This document shows positions 1-7,981 of a stretch of 11,896 nt of DNA, one piece after another. Under the pieces are notes generated by a model, which saw only the letters and a program-made list of their open reading frames with translations, was not told the origin of the DNA and made no database searches. Source of the stretch: a virus. Taxonomy: Duplodnaviria; Heunggongvirae; Uroviricota; Caudoviricetes. A program made the position numbers and the translations under genes. The stretch lies in IMG/VR virus record IMGVR_UViG_3300039360_000021. The stretch is one strand, 5' to 3'. Within the stretch, counting starts at the first letter, position 1, and every line of letters begins with the position of its first letter.

Positions 1-1
1 A

Positions 2-292
2 GGCAAGGACTGGAATAATCAGCAGAACATCTATCACCGTTGGTTAAAAGGTGAAACGGAAGCGCAAAGGGAAAAAATTCAGAAACTGATCCCTGCAATT
101 CTGGCAATCCTTCCGCGCGAGCTGCGTCACCGACTCTGCATCTTCGATACCCTGGAACGCCGTGCATTACTGGCGGCGCAGGAAGCGTTAAGTACGGCAA
201 TTGATGCGCATGATGATGCAGTCCAGGCCGTTTACCGGAAAGCGCATTTCAGCGGCGGCGGGTCTTCCGACGATTCTGTCATTGTTCATTAA
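2..292 (+). CDS. ydaT: 3' end of a YdaT-like prophage protein (partial; start lies upstream of the window)
   Basis: Open frame from the window edge to TAA at 290-292, translating to ...GKDWNNQQNIYHRWLKGETEAQREKIQKLIPAILAILPRELRHRL...SDDSVIVH. Sits directly upstream of the ydaU-like gene, matching the Rac order ydaT-ydaU-ydaV-ydaW. The symbol is assigned by synteny, not by a confirmed sequence match. Confidence 0.5.
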   Translation, partial: GKDWNNQQNIYHRWLKGETEAQREKIQKLIPAILAILPRELRHRLCIFDTLERRALLAAQEALSTAIDAHDDAVQAVYRKAHFSGGGSSDDSVIVH

Positions 293-304
293 GCAAAAGT
301 TTCC

Positions 305-1162
305 ATGCTGTTTGTGCTTATTCTAAGCCACCGGGCAGCATCATACGGGGCAATTATGGCCGCATTACCATACATGCAACTGTACATAGCTGATTACCTG
401 GCTGACACCATGCATTTGTCAGCAGAGGAGCATGGCGCGTATTTGTTGCTGATGTTCAATTACTGGCAAACAGGAAAGCCAATACCCAAAAACAGGCTGG
501 CAAAAATTGCCCGTCTGACTAACGAGCGATGGGCTGATGTTGAACCATCCTTGCGGGAGTTTTTTTGCGATAACGGCGAGGAATGGGTACATCTTCGGAT
601 TGAGGAAGATCTGGCATCAGTCAGGGAAAAATTAACCAAAAAATCAGCCGCAGGAAAAGCATCTGTTCAGGCCAGAAGAAGCAGAAAGGAAGCAGATGTT
701 CAAACAAAACAAGAGAGAAATTTAACAGGTGTTCAAACAGATGTTGAAGTGGTGTTTGAACATGATGTCAACACAAAGGCAACTAATAAAGATACAGATA
801 AAGATCTAAAAACAGCTCCCCCCCTAAATCCCCCCCGGGGGAATCGAGGTGTCAAAAAGTTTGACCCTCTGGATATTGCTTTGCCGAACTGGATTTCTGT
901 CTCGCTTTGGCGTGAGTGGGTTGAATTTCGCCAGGCATTGCGTAAACCGATTCGAACGGAGCAGGGCGCTAACGGGGCGATACGGGAGCTGGAAAAATTC
1001 CGCCAGCAGGGTTTTTCACCTGAGCAGGTGATTCGACACAGCATCGCCAACGAATACCAGGGCTTGTTCGCGCCGAAAGGTGTTCGACCTGAGACGTTAC
1101 TCCGACGGGTTAACACCGTTTCGTTACCGGACAGTGCGATCCCGCCAGGCTTCAGGGGGTAA
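305..1162 (+). CDS. ydaU: Rac-type replication protein YdaU-like (DUF1376-like N-terminal region)
   Basis: 285-aa ORF; the N-terminal sequence MAALPYMQLYIADYLADTMHLSAEEHGAYLLLMFNYWQTGKPIPK is what I recall for Rac YdaU. The first ATG at 305 has no Shine-Dalgarno; the internal ATG at 356 (MAALPYM) has a weak GGGG upstream and may be the true start. Stop is 7 bp before the next gene. Confidence 0.8.
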   Translation: MLFVLILSHRAASYGAIMAALPYMQLYIADYLADTMHLSAEEHGAYLLLMFNYWQTGKPIPKNRLAKIARLTNERWADVEPSLREFFCDNGEEWVHLRIEEDLASVREKLTKKSAAGKASVQARRSRKEADVQTKQERNLTGVQTDVEVVFEHDVNTKATNKDTDKDLKTAPPLNPPRGNRGVKKFDPLDIALPNWISVSLWREWVEFRQALRKPIRTEQGANGAIRELEKFRQQGFSPEQVIRHSIANEYQGLFAPKGVRPETLLRRVNTVSLPDSAIPPGFRG

Positions 1163-1168
1163 CTGACC

Positions 1169-1915
1169 ATGAAAAATATTGCGACAGGCGGCGTTCTTGA
1201 ACGTATCCGCAGACTGGCCCCGTCACATGTAACCGCGCCATTCAAGACGGTAGCGGAGTGGCGTGAGTGGCAACTTTCCGAAGGCCAGAAACGTTGTGAG
1301 GAGATCAACCGTCAGAATCGTCAGTTGCGGGTGGAAAAAATTCTGAATCGCTCTGGCATCCAGCCATTGCACCGCAAATGCTCGTTTGCGAATTACCAGG
1401 TGCAGAACGACGGTCAGCGATATGCGTTGAACCAGGCGAAATCTATCGCTGATGAACTGATGACCGGGTGTACAAATTTTGCGTTCAGCGGAAAACCTGG
1501 TACCGGAAAAAACCATCTGGCGGCGGCTATCGGGAATCGCCTGCTGAAAGATGGCCAGACAGTGATTGTGGTTACCGTGGCTGATGTCATGAGTGCTCTA
1601 CACGCTAGCTATGACGACGGGCAATCAGGCGAAAAATTTTTGCGGGAACTGTGCCAAGTGGATCTGCTGGTTCTTGATGAAATTGGCATTCAGCGCGAGA
1701 CAAAAAACGAGCAGGTGGTGCTGCACCAGATTGTTGATCGCCGGACAGCGTCGATGCGCAGCGTGGGGATGCTGACAAACCTGAACTATGAGGCCATGAA
1801 AACATTGCTCGGCGAGAGGATTATGGATCGCATGACCATGAACGGCGGGCGATGGGTGAATTTTAACTGGGAGAGCTGGCGTCCGAATGTCGTCCAGCTA
1901 GGAATTGCGAAGTGA
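1169..1915 (+). CDS. ydaV: DnaC/IstB-like AAA+ helicase loader (YdaV-like replication protein)
   Basis: 248-aa ORF with Walker A ([10 protein letters not shown]) and Walker B (LLVLDEIG) motifs, tightly coupled downstream of the ydaU-like gene. Confidence 0.85.
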   Translation: MKNIATGGVLERIRRLAPSHVTAPFKTVAEWREWQLSEGQKRCEEINRQNRQLRVEKILNRSGIQPLHRKCSFANYQVQNDGQRYALNQAKSIADELMTGCTNFAFSGKPGTGKNHLAAAIGNRLLKDGQTVIVVTVADVMSALHASYDDGQSGEKFLRELCQVDLLVLDEIGIQRETKNEQVVLHQIVDRRTASMRSVGMLTNLNYEAMKTLLGERIMDRMTMNGGRWVNFNWESWRPNVVQLGIAK

Positions 1916-1937
1916 TTTTTACCGGGAGGAAATTTTA

Positions 1938-2699
1938 ATGGAAACCGTTTTTGATGCACTGAAAGCAATGGGAAAAGCCACGTCGGTAGAACTGGCTGCG
2001 CGACTTGATATCAGTCGTGAAGAAGTGCTGAACGAGCTGTGGGAACTGAAAAAGGCTGGATTCGTTGATAAAAGCGTATACACCTGGCGTGTGGCCGATA
2101 ACAACGTTCAGCAGGAACATCCAGTGCCGGAAGAACAGCCGGAAGAAATCGCCACAGCAACAGTGACGAAAATATCGGAGTGCGATTTAACCGCGACGAT
2201 TGAACAACGTGGTCCACTAACTGCGGATGAACTGGCTACGTTGTTCGGTACCACATCACGCAAAGTGGCTTCAACGCTGGCAATGGCAATCAGCAAGGGG
2301 CGTCTGATTCGCGTAAATCAGAACGGTAAATTTCGTTACTGCATGCCGGGCGATAATTTACCAGCAGAACCGAAAGCTGCATTGGTAACGAAAAATGATG
2401 GTAAAGCCTTTCCTCAGCCAGCCGGTGCTGCGTTACCAGTACAGGAAGCGGCAACACAGGAAGATATTAAAACAGAAACTGTGGCGGACATTGTGCAGTC
2501 GCTGCCATCGTTTACTGAAACGCAAGCGGATGACTTGGTTTTACCATCGCTGCATATAGCAAACCGCGAACTGCGTCGGGCGAAAAATCATGTCCAGAAG
2601 TGGGAGCGTGTCTGCGCCGCGCTGCGGGAGCTGAACAAGCACCGGGATATTGTTCGACAGATTGTCGATTCCTCCAGTCGTATTGTGTCGGAAAAGTGA
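1938..2699 (+). CDS. ydaW: YdaW-like prophage protein, full length, with a probable N-terminal winged-helix region
   Basis: ATG at 1938 preceded by GGGAGGAAA with about 5-nt spacing; the ORF track frame starts earlier at 1905 without an SD. Position after ydaV matches Rac synteny. The N-terminal segment ([29 protein letters not shown]) resembles a wHTH. Symbol is assigned by synteny. Confidence 0.6.
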   Translation: METVFDALKAMGKATSVELAARLDISREEVLNELWELKKAGFVDKSVYTWRVADNNVQQEHPVPEEQPEEIATATVTKISECDLTATIEQRGPLTADELATLFGTTSRKVASTLAMAISKGRLIRVNQNGKFRYCMPGDNLPAEPKAALVTKNDGKAFPQPAGAALPVQEAATQEDIKTETVADIVQSLPSFTETQADDLVLPSLHIANRELRRAKNHVQKWERVCAALRELNKHRDIVRQIVDSSSRIVSEK

Positions 2700-2714
2700 T
2701 TGCCGGAGGCGCTT

Positions 2715-3137
2715 ATGGCAAAAGTTTTTACACAGGAAGAGCGTGAAAAAATTAAGGAGCAGGTTGTTGAGCTGGTACGCCAGAGTGGGCGCGAGACGTT
2801 AAGGCAACTGGAGGCCAAGACAGGGGCGACAAGATATCTGATGAGCATTCTTGCCAGAGAGTTGGTTGCCAGTGGCGATGTATACAACTCTGGCTATGGG
2901 TTATTTACCTCTGAACAGGCTCGTAAGGACTGGAATAACGCCCGCAAAAAACTATCCAGGGCAAAGGTGAAAAAAACGGTTGTGGTTGATCCTGACCTTA
3001 TCTGGTCATTACCAGACGGAGAAATACGCCGATATGACGGGCGTCTGAATATAATCTGTAGCGAGTGCCGTAAGAGCGAAGTTATGAAGCGTGTACTGAT
3101 GTTTTATCGAGGAAGTATCCAGGAATTTATTCGGTAA
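2715..3137 (+). CDS. hypothetical phage protein
   Basis: ATG at 2715 preceded by GGAGG (2706-2710); the ORF is in frame from 2700, immediately after the ydaW-like stop. Basic C-terminal half. No family recognised. Confidence 0.55.
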   Translation: MAKVFTQEEREKIKEQVVELVRQSGRETLRQLEAKTGATRYLMSILARELVASGDVYNSGYGLFTSEQARKDWNNARKKLSRAKVKKTVVVDPDLIWSLPDGEIRRYDGRLNIICSECRKSEVMKRVLMFYRGSIQEFIR

Positions 3138-3184
3138 GCAAAATCAAAATGTAATCGCTCAAGTTTAAGTTGGTGTATCTACGG

Positions 3185-3217
3185 CGCAGAGCCATCGCCT
3201 CATCTGGCACTGCGCTA
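3185..3217. other. imperfect GC-rich inverted repeat between the 145-aa gene and the convergent minus-strand ORF (possible bidirectional terminator)
   Basis: GCGCAGAGCCA ... TGGCACTGCGC, about 10-bp arms with one mismatch, lying between two convergent ORFs. No clean U-tract. Confidence 0.3.
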
Positions 3218-3273
3218 AAATCAAATTTAGTTCCACTCTTTATTTCGTATCTGCTAAAACGCTACATAAAATT

Positions 3274-3546
3274 TTACTTTTTTAAAGAATAAGGGAATAT
3301 GTGCACCATATTGGAGGCTAGTGGATATATTCCTATGCTACGAGTTGTCTTTTTTAGTTGATCTATGCTTGCTTCTTTATCGGGAGCCCGGCCTCCCCAC
3401 ACTGTAACTCCCTCAGGTATATCGATTGGGCGACTTTTGTTTTCATCTGTGATTTCAATCGTTTCCCCATTATTAAGCGTAATAATCAACGATGACACGT
3501 CCAGGTGTTGTGTATTCCCATTTTTATTTTTAATGTCTATTTTCAT
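3274..3546 (-). CDS. hypothetical small protein (90 aa) in the AT-rich cargo island
   Basis: Minus-strand ORF with plausible amino-acid composition but no obvious SD. Opposite orientation to the prophage backbone and in an AT-rich context. No family recognised. Confidence 0.4.
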   Translation of the reverse strand: MKIDIKNKNGNTQHLDVSSLIITLNNGETIEITDENKSRPIDIPEGVTVWGGRAPDKEASIDQLKKTTRSIGIYPLASNMVHIFPYSLKK

Positions 3547-3816
3547 GGCTATTTCATTATATGTTATCTGTGCTGGAGTAATAAGTTTACAGTATTAAGA
3601 AGCATTTTGACGAAACAATCAACTGACTTATCAGCTAAGGTGGCATTGTAATGCGATCTGATTGGTATCATCAGGACGCTGTTCAAAAAAGGGGGATTAG
3701 TTGATCTTGAAATCTTGCTCAAAATGTGTAGCCTCTCGTTTAACTGCCAACTTTTTGGGGCAGTACACTCTGATGCTACACAACTTGCAAGTTTCATTAC
3801 CCCGACGTAAACATTT

Positions 3817-4485
3817 ATGACAGTTGCTGATTTCAAACGTCCTAAGTTGGAGCTCCCAAACGGGGCAAACAAACTACTATTACACTCTTGTTGTGCACCA
3901 TGTTCCGGTGAAGTGATGGAGGCTCTTCAGGCCTCAGGAATCGACTACACCATCTTCTTCTATAATCCGAACATTCATCCTCAGAAAGAGTATTTGATTC
4001 GTAAGAATGAGAATATTCGATTTGCTGAACAACATGGTGTACCGTTTATCGATGCTGATTACGACACTGACAACTGGTTTGAGCGAGCCAAAGGAATGGA
4101 ATGGGAGCCCGAACGTGGGAGGCGTTGTACTATGTGTTTTGACATGCGTTTTGAACGGACGGCGCTGTACGCCGCTGAAAATGGTTTCAGTGTGATCAGC
4201 AGTTCACTGGGCATTTCACGCTGGAAAAATATGCAGCAGGTTAACGACAGCGGACGGCGAGCTGTCGCACATTATCCGGGCATGGTGTACTGGGATTATA
4301 ACTGGCGCAAGCAGGGAGGCTCGTCCCGCATGATTGAAATCAGCAAACGCGAACAATTCTATCAGCAGGAATATTGTGGTTGCGTGTATTCACTTCGCGA
4401 TACCAATTTACACCGCAAATCCCAGGGACGCCCTCTTATCAAAATTGGTCAACTCCACTACGGTAAAGAAGAAGGGCAGGAATGA
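3817..4485 (+). CDS. queH: QueH-like epoxyqueuosine reductase (DUF208 family), putative Fe-S enzyme
   Basis: 222-aa ORF with the N-terminal motif [12 protein letters not shown] that I recognise as the DUF208/QueH signature, plus further conserved Cys pairs ([14 protein letters not shown]) consistent with metal/Fe-S ligation. Weak SD. AT-rich codon usage unlike the flanking phage genes. Confidence 0.7.
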   Translation: MTVADFKRPKLELPNGANKLLLHSCCAPCSGEVMEALQASGIDYTIFFYNPNIHPQKEYLIRKNENIRFAEQHGVPFIDADYDTDNWFERAKGMEWEPERGRRCTMCFDMRFERTALYAAENGFSVISSSLGISRWKNMQQVNDSGRRAVAHYPGMVYWDYNWRKQGGSSRMIEISKREQFYQQEYCGCVYSLRDTNLHRKSQGRPLIKIGQLHYGKEEGQE

Positions 4486-4794
4486 TTTTTACATTACGTC
4501 AACAGAGTGTCACAACGTTTCTATATATGGTATGCCGACCGTAATTTTCGAATCATCATGACTAATAGGCAGGTCACCTATGCCAGCAATGACCTGCTCA
4601 TCTTGAAATTAGCAGAAATCTTGTAGCTATGATGTAGCTCAAAATAGTTTTTCATTCTTTTACCTGATGTCTGTTCCTGGCTGAAAACAGACTGTATTAT
4701 TTGATTACGCACCACTGACACTTGTGTATTGAAGTAGTGAGTACAAAGCCACATATTTATCAGTGTATGTATACGTCAAAAACAGGAGATTGTT

Positions 4795-4884
4795 GTGCTG
4801 GTTCTGAAGTGTGCGTTAGCAATAGTGGCTGTGGTGGCAATTTATTGCCTTGTTGTTGTTCTTATGGAGCGACTTTCTGATTGA
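4795..4884 (+). CDS. candidate small hydrophobic membrane peptide (29 aa)
   Basis: GTG start at 4795 preceded by AGGAG (4784-4788) with 6-nt spacing. Translation MLVLKCALAIVAVVAIYCLVVVLMERLSD is one predicted transmembrane helix plus a short acidic tail. Below the ORF-track size cutoff. Confidence 0.35.
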   Translation: MLVLKCALAIVAVVAIYCLVVVLMERLSD

Positions 4885-5029
4885 TTACATACTGGCTAAA
4901 AAAAAGCGTTTGCCTGGCTTATCTTTGTCCGGCAAGGTGCGCTCATTAATCTGAAGTAAATTTATTTCTTAAGTATTCAGATTACTTCTTATGGTCGAAG
5001 TCTCCTGGCAATGTAGAACCAAAATATTT

Positions 5030-5069
5030 ACAAAAACGAGACCCGTCGAGGATAGCTCTGCCGGGTCTG
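5030..5069 (-). terminator. rho-independent terminator downstream of the YeaR-like gene
   Basis: Perfect 7-bp stem AGACCCG (5039-5045) / CGGGTCT (5062-5068) with a long loop. On the minus strand the hairpin is followed by CGTTTTTGT. It lies about 30 bp past the stop of the minus-strand gene. Confidence 0.5.
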
Positions 5070-5097
5070 ATTGTTAAAGTATTTTTAATATGATCAT

Positions 5098-5436
5098 CTA
5101 TTTTTTGGTGCTATAGACTTTTTCGCCTGAGAAGTCTGGAGCGACCCAAAAGTTAATATTAAACTGAGCATCATCGCTTAGTTCAACACGGTGCCAGTAT
5201 TGTGGTGGGCTTGTTGCAAAAGAGCCAGCATTAATAACTACTTTTATCTCTGGTTCAGTAGTATTCTCATCAGCAAAACCATAATATGTTACAGTGCCTT
5301 CCATTACGCACAACTGCCCAAAAACACCTGCTGCTGTATTATGATGTGTTAATAACGCTGAAGGTACGTTCTCTTTTGTGAAGAACGGAGTTGAGCGTTT
5401 GATTACCCAATCTTTAGGAATTCTCTTGTGTGTCAT
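5098..5436 (-). CDS. DUF1971 family protein, YeaR-like
   Basis: Translation MTHKRIPKDWVIKRSTPFFTKENVPSALLTHHNTAAGVFGQLCVMEGTVTYYGFADE... resembles E. coli YeaR as I recall it. ATG at 5436 is preceded by TAGGAGGTGG with 5-nt spacing; the ORF track begins two codons earlier at a GTG. Confidence 0.8.
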   Translation of the reverse strand: MTHKRIPKDWVIKRSTPFFTKENVPSALLTHHNTAAGVFGQLCVMEGTVTYYGFADENTTEPEIKVVINAGSFATSPPQYWHRVELSDDAQFNINFWVAPDFSGEKVYSTKK

Positions 5437-5451
5437 AACCACCTCCTATAA

Positions 5452-5474
5452 AACATGTATTATAAATGCACCTT
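5452..5474 (-). promoter_or_regulatory. candidate NsrR-type operator (11-1-11 inverted repeat) upstream of the YeaR-like gene
   Basis: AACATGTATTA-T-AAATGCACCTT compared with the NsrR consensus as I recall it (AAGATGCATTT-N-AAATGCATCTT); the right half differs at one position and the left half at about three. On the minus strand a perfect TTGACA (+ strand 5486-5491) and perfect TATAAT (+ strand 5459-5464) flank it, but 21 bp apart, so the promoter geometry is non-canonical. Confidence 0.35.
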
Positions 5475-6307
5475 TTGAGGAGTTATGTCAAGCTCTTATG
5501 AAACACATAATTGATATGTTGATTAGAGGAGAAGATAGAATAAATATGGTTGTTTTTCGTATAACTACTTGTTTTGCTTTTGGTTTATGCATTCTGTGTG
5601 TTAGGAATAAGTTATTAAAGCTTAATCAAGAAATCTCGATGTATTCCACATAGATTACTGTTACTGAACCTTATTGTGTGCATTAGTTGTGTTCTGAAAT
5701 TTCAGCTTAATTATTTATGATATATTTTTTAACGATAAATATTTTCCCAGGTAAAAGACAGTTGGGAATAAGATAAGTAATATATCATTAATCTTGATTA
5801 TTCCCAGGGTACCTTTACTGTGCATATAAATAAATCATATATGCATCAAATAATGTAAAGGCATCCTTTTAGATATGTCTTATCAAATGTTAATGACTTG
5901 AGTGGGAAACATGATTCCAGCAACTTATCATGTGGCTACTTTATAAAAATAATGCCCATATAAAACAACAAGCGAAAAGGATTACGGATAAAAAAGGAGC
6001 GAGATGTGCAAACTTGTTATTTTCCATGTTTAACCACCTTAAATAATTGATGATGACGGGATGATTGCATCTGTAATGCTTTTATTGAAATGTTATGATA
6101 AAAAAGAACTTTTTCATAACATTAAAATGTAATTTAGCTAATCGTTTTTAATAATAAGTGTCGTATTTCTATCCTTGTACCAGCTATTTGATATGTAGTG
6201 TTTGTTCATGCTATGTGGGGCTTTACACCATAGCCAGTTTATTTATACTTTATTCGTCAGCCTGAACAACTGGCATCTGCTGCACTGCGCCATAGAGAGA
6301 TTGAGAA

Positions 6308-6907
6308 ATGGCGCATATACAACTGGTCAAACAAACTTCTTCTGGTTTACTTCTCCCGGCGACGCCGGAGAGTTGTGATTTTCTGCATCAAATTAAAATA
6401 GGCGAGTGGATACACGCTGATTTTAAGCGTGTGCGTAACTACGCATTCCACAAGCGTTTTTTCAAACTCCTGCAACTGGGATTCGATTACTGGACTCCGG
6501 TCGGTGGGGCGATCACGCCTCGCGAACGAGAACTGCTGTCTGGTTTCGTTGATTACCTGTGCGAATCAGTTGGTCGGGAACACACGCCAGCCCTGAGTGA
6601 TGCCGCAGAGCAATATCTGAATACAGTTGCGACACGCAGAACCCGGGATACGGCATTGCTAAAGTCGTTTGAGGCTTTTCGCGAGTGGGTAACCATTCAG
6701 GCTGGATTTTACACCGAACATTTTTATCCGGACGGTAGCCATGGGCGTCGGGCGAAATCCATAGCTTTTGCGAATATGGACGAAACCGAGTTTCAGCAGG
6801 TTTATAAATCTGTTCTGAATGTGCTGTGGAACTGGATTCTGTTCCGTAAATTTTCCTCTCTGGAACAAGTCGAAAATGTGGCCGCGCAGCTGCTGGAGTT
6901 TGCGTAA
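6308..6907 (+). CDS. lambdoid nin-region protein (possibly DUF1367 family)
   Basis: 199-aa ORF whose TAA stop overlaps the next ATG (TAATG at 6905-6909), indicating translational coupling. It is the first backbone gene after the AT-rich island. The family assignment is from memory and uncertain. Confidence 0.65.
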   Translation: MAHIQLVKQTSSGLLLPATPESCDFLHQIKIGEWIHADFKRVRNYAFHKRFFKLLQLGFDYWTPVGGAITPRERELLSGFVDYLCESVGREHTPALSDAAEQYLNTVATRRTRDTALLKSFEAFREWVTIQAGFYTEHFYPDGSHGRRAKSIAFANMDETEFQQVYKSVLNVLWNWILFRKFSSLEQVENVAAQLLEFA

Positions 6908-7197
6908 TGGTGGATTTACGTAAAGCGGCGCGGGGGCAGATGTGCACCGTCAGAATTCCTGGCTACTGCAATCACGATCCGGAAACGTCTGTGCTGGCGC
7001 ATTACCGACTGGCGGGAACGTGCGGAACAGCGACAAAACCACACGATATGCAGGCGGCGATTGCCGGTAGCTCATGCCACGATCTAATCGACGGGCGGGT
7101 AAAAACCAGCGATTACACCAAAGAAGAATTACGCCTGATGCATGCAGAAGGTGTTTTTCGCACACAAGAAATCTGGAGAAAGGAGGGATATTTGTGA
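6907..7197 (+). CDS. YbcO-like DUF1364 protein (putative Cys/His-rich nuclease of the nin region)
   Basis: 96-aa ORF beginning MVDLRKAARGQMCTVRIPGYCNHDPETSVLAHYRLAGTCGTATKPHD..., which resembles DLP12 YbcO as I recall it. Conserved Cys/His spacing. Its stop overlaps the next start (GTGA at 7194-7197). Confidence 0.7.
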   Translation: MVDLRKAARGQMCTVRIPGYCNHDPETSVLAHYRLAGTCGTATKPHDMQAAIAGSSCHDLIDGRVKTSDYTKEELRLMHAEGVFRTQEIWRKEGYL

Positions 7198-7811
7198 TTT
7201 ACCCAACGAATACAGGAAAAAGCGGAGAACACCTTCGTCTCGCCACGCTGGAAAGTGTCTGGATTCAGGGCAAACTGCGTATGTGGGGGCGCTGGTCGTA
7301 TATTGGCGGTGGCAGGTCAGGAAATATGTTCAATCAGTTGTTGGCATCCAAAAAATTGACGAAAACAGCCATCAATGAAGCCCTGCGCAGAATGAAAAAA
7401 GCGGGAATAGAGAAAGCTGAGCTGGAAGCGTTTTTGAGAGAGATGATCAACGGCAAGCAAAAGAGCTGGCTGGCGCATTGTACTGATGCAGAGGCGTTAT
7501 GTATTGATCGAGTCATAAGTGAGGTGCTGGCAGAGCATCCAGGATTGATTAGCGTCCTTCGGCAACGGTATGAGGGNNNNNNNNNNNNNNNNNNNNNNNN
7601 NNNNNNNNNNNNNNNNNNCCAGAGTGGTGTTTTAGCACATGCGAAAAGCGAATTGCTAATTGGTTGGCCGTTGCTGAGTATGCGCTATACATTCCCATGC
7701 GAGAATCATTCGCTCAAAAAACGGCTTGATTTTTTACGCATAAACTGCTTCAATTTTGCTACGCTTCGCAAAGCTGTATCGCGTGGCGAATCAGGCGCAA
7801 TTAAACTTTAA
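7194..7811 (+). CDS. late-gene antiterminator Q-like protein (interrupted by an N-run; extent uncertain)
   Basis: GTG at 7194 preceded by AGGAGGG (7181-7187); the ORF track frame starts earlier at 7074. It is the last backbone gene before the tRNA/lysis region. The N-terminal part (LRMWGRWSY...) loosely resembles the small Q family. The frame stays open across the 42-nt N-run (a multiple of 3) to TAA at 7809-7811, but if the true protein is the short type it ends inside the gap. Confidence 0.45.
   Translation: MIYPTNTGKSGEHLRLATLESVWIQGKLRMWGRWSYIGGGRSGNMFNQLLASKKLTKTAINEALRRMKKAGIEKAELEAFLREMINGKQKSWLAHCTDAEALCIDRVISEVLAEHPGLISVLRQRYEXXXXXXXXXXXXXXXQSGVLAHAKSELLIGWPLLSMRYTFPCENHSLKKRLDFLRINCFNFATLRKAVSRGESGAIKL
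7577..7618. other. run of 42 N (assembly gap or masked bases)
   Basis: Directly visible in the sequence; lies inside the Q-like reading frame. Confidence 1.
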
Positions 7812-7816
7812 TAGAA

Positions 7817-7836
7817 CCCGCATCGAGCGGGTTTTG
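7817..7836 (+). terminator. hairpin plus T-tract; probably the IS200 left-end internal terminator (alternatively a phage terminator after Q)
   Basis: Stem CCCGC (7817-7821) / GCGGG (7827-7831), loop ATCGA, then TTTTGTTGT. Begins 6 bp after the Q-frame stop. Confidence 0.45.
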
Positions 7837-7913
7837 TTGTGCACAGAAAACCCCCAGCTAGGCTGGGGGTTCCGGAAAGCTTTCAGCTTTGAGCCAGTTA
7901 TTAAAACCCCTTT

Positions 7914-7935
7914 NNNNNNNNNNNNNNNNNNNNNN
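7914..7935. other. run of 22 N (assembly gap or masked bases) within the IS200 left end
   Basis: Directly visible in the sequence. Confidence 1.
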
Positions 7936-7981
7936 GTCTGGCAACTGCAAGTGTCAAACAAGAAATCAAAAGGGGGTCCCA

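Noticed and set aside
733-1308. 191-aa minus-strand ORF antisense to the ydaU-like/ydaV-like genes
   Set aside because: Lies wholly within well-supported plus-strand genes, has a Ser/Arg/Cys-rich low-complexity translation and no SD; typical antisense shadow ORF.
5378-5653. 91-aa plus-strand ORF overlapping the 5' end of the YeaR-like gene and extending into the AT-rich region
   Set aside because: Overlaps the opposite-strand start and RBS of a confident gene. Its only SD-like sequence is about 14 nt from an internal ATG, too far to be functional. The AT-rich reading is Ile/Leu/Cys-rich with no recognisable features.
7619-7811. Post-gap segment as a non-coding late-promoter (pR'/qut) region rather than the Q C-terminus
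   Set aside because: The segment stays open in the Q frame for 64 codons and ends in TAA just before a hairpin, which favours coding. This is not resolved: if the N-run does not preserve length or frame, the alternative stands.
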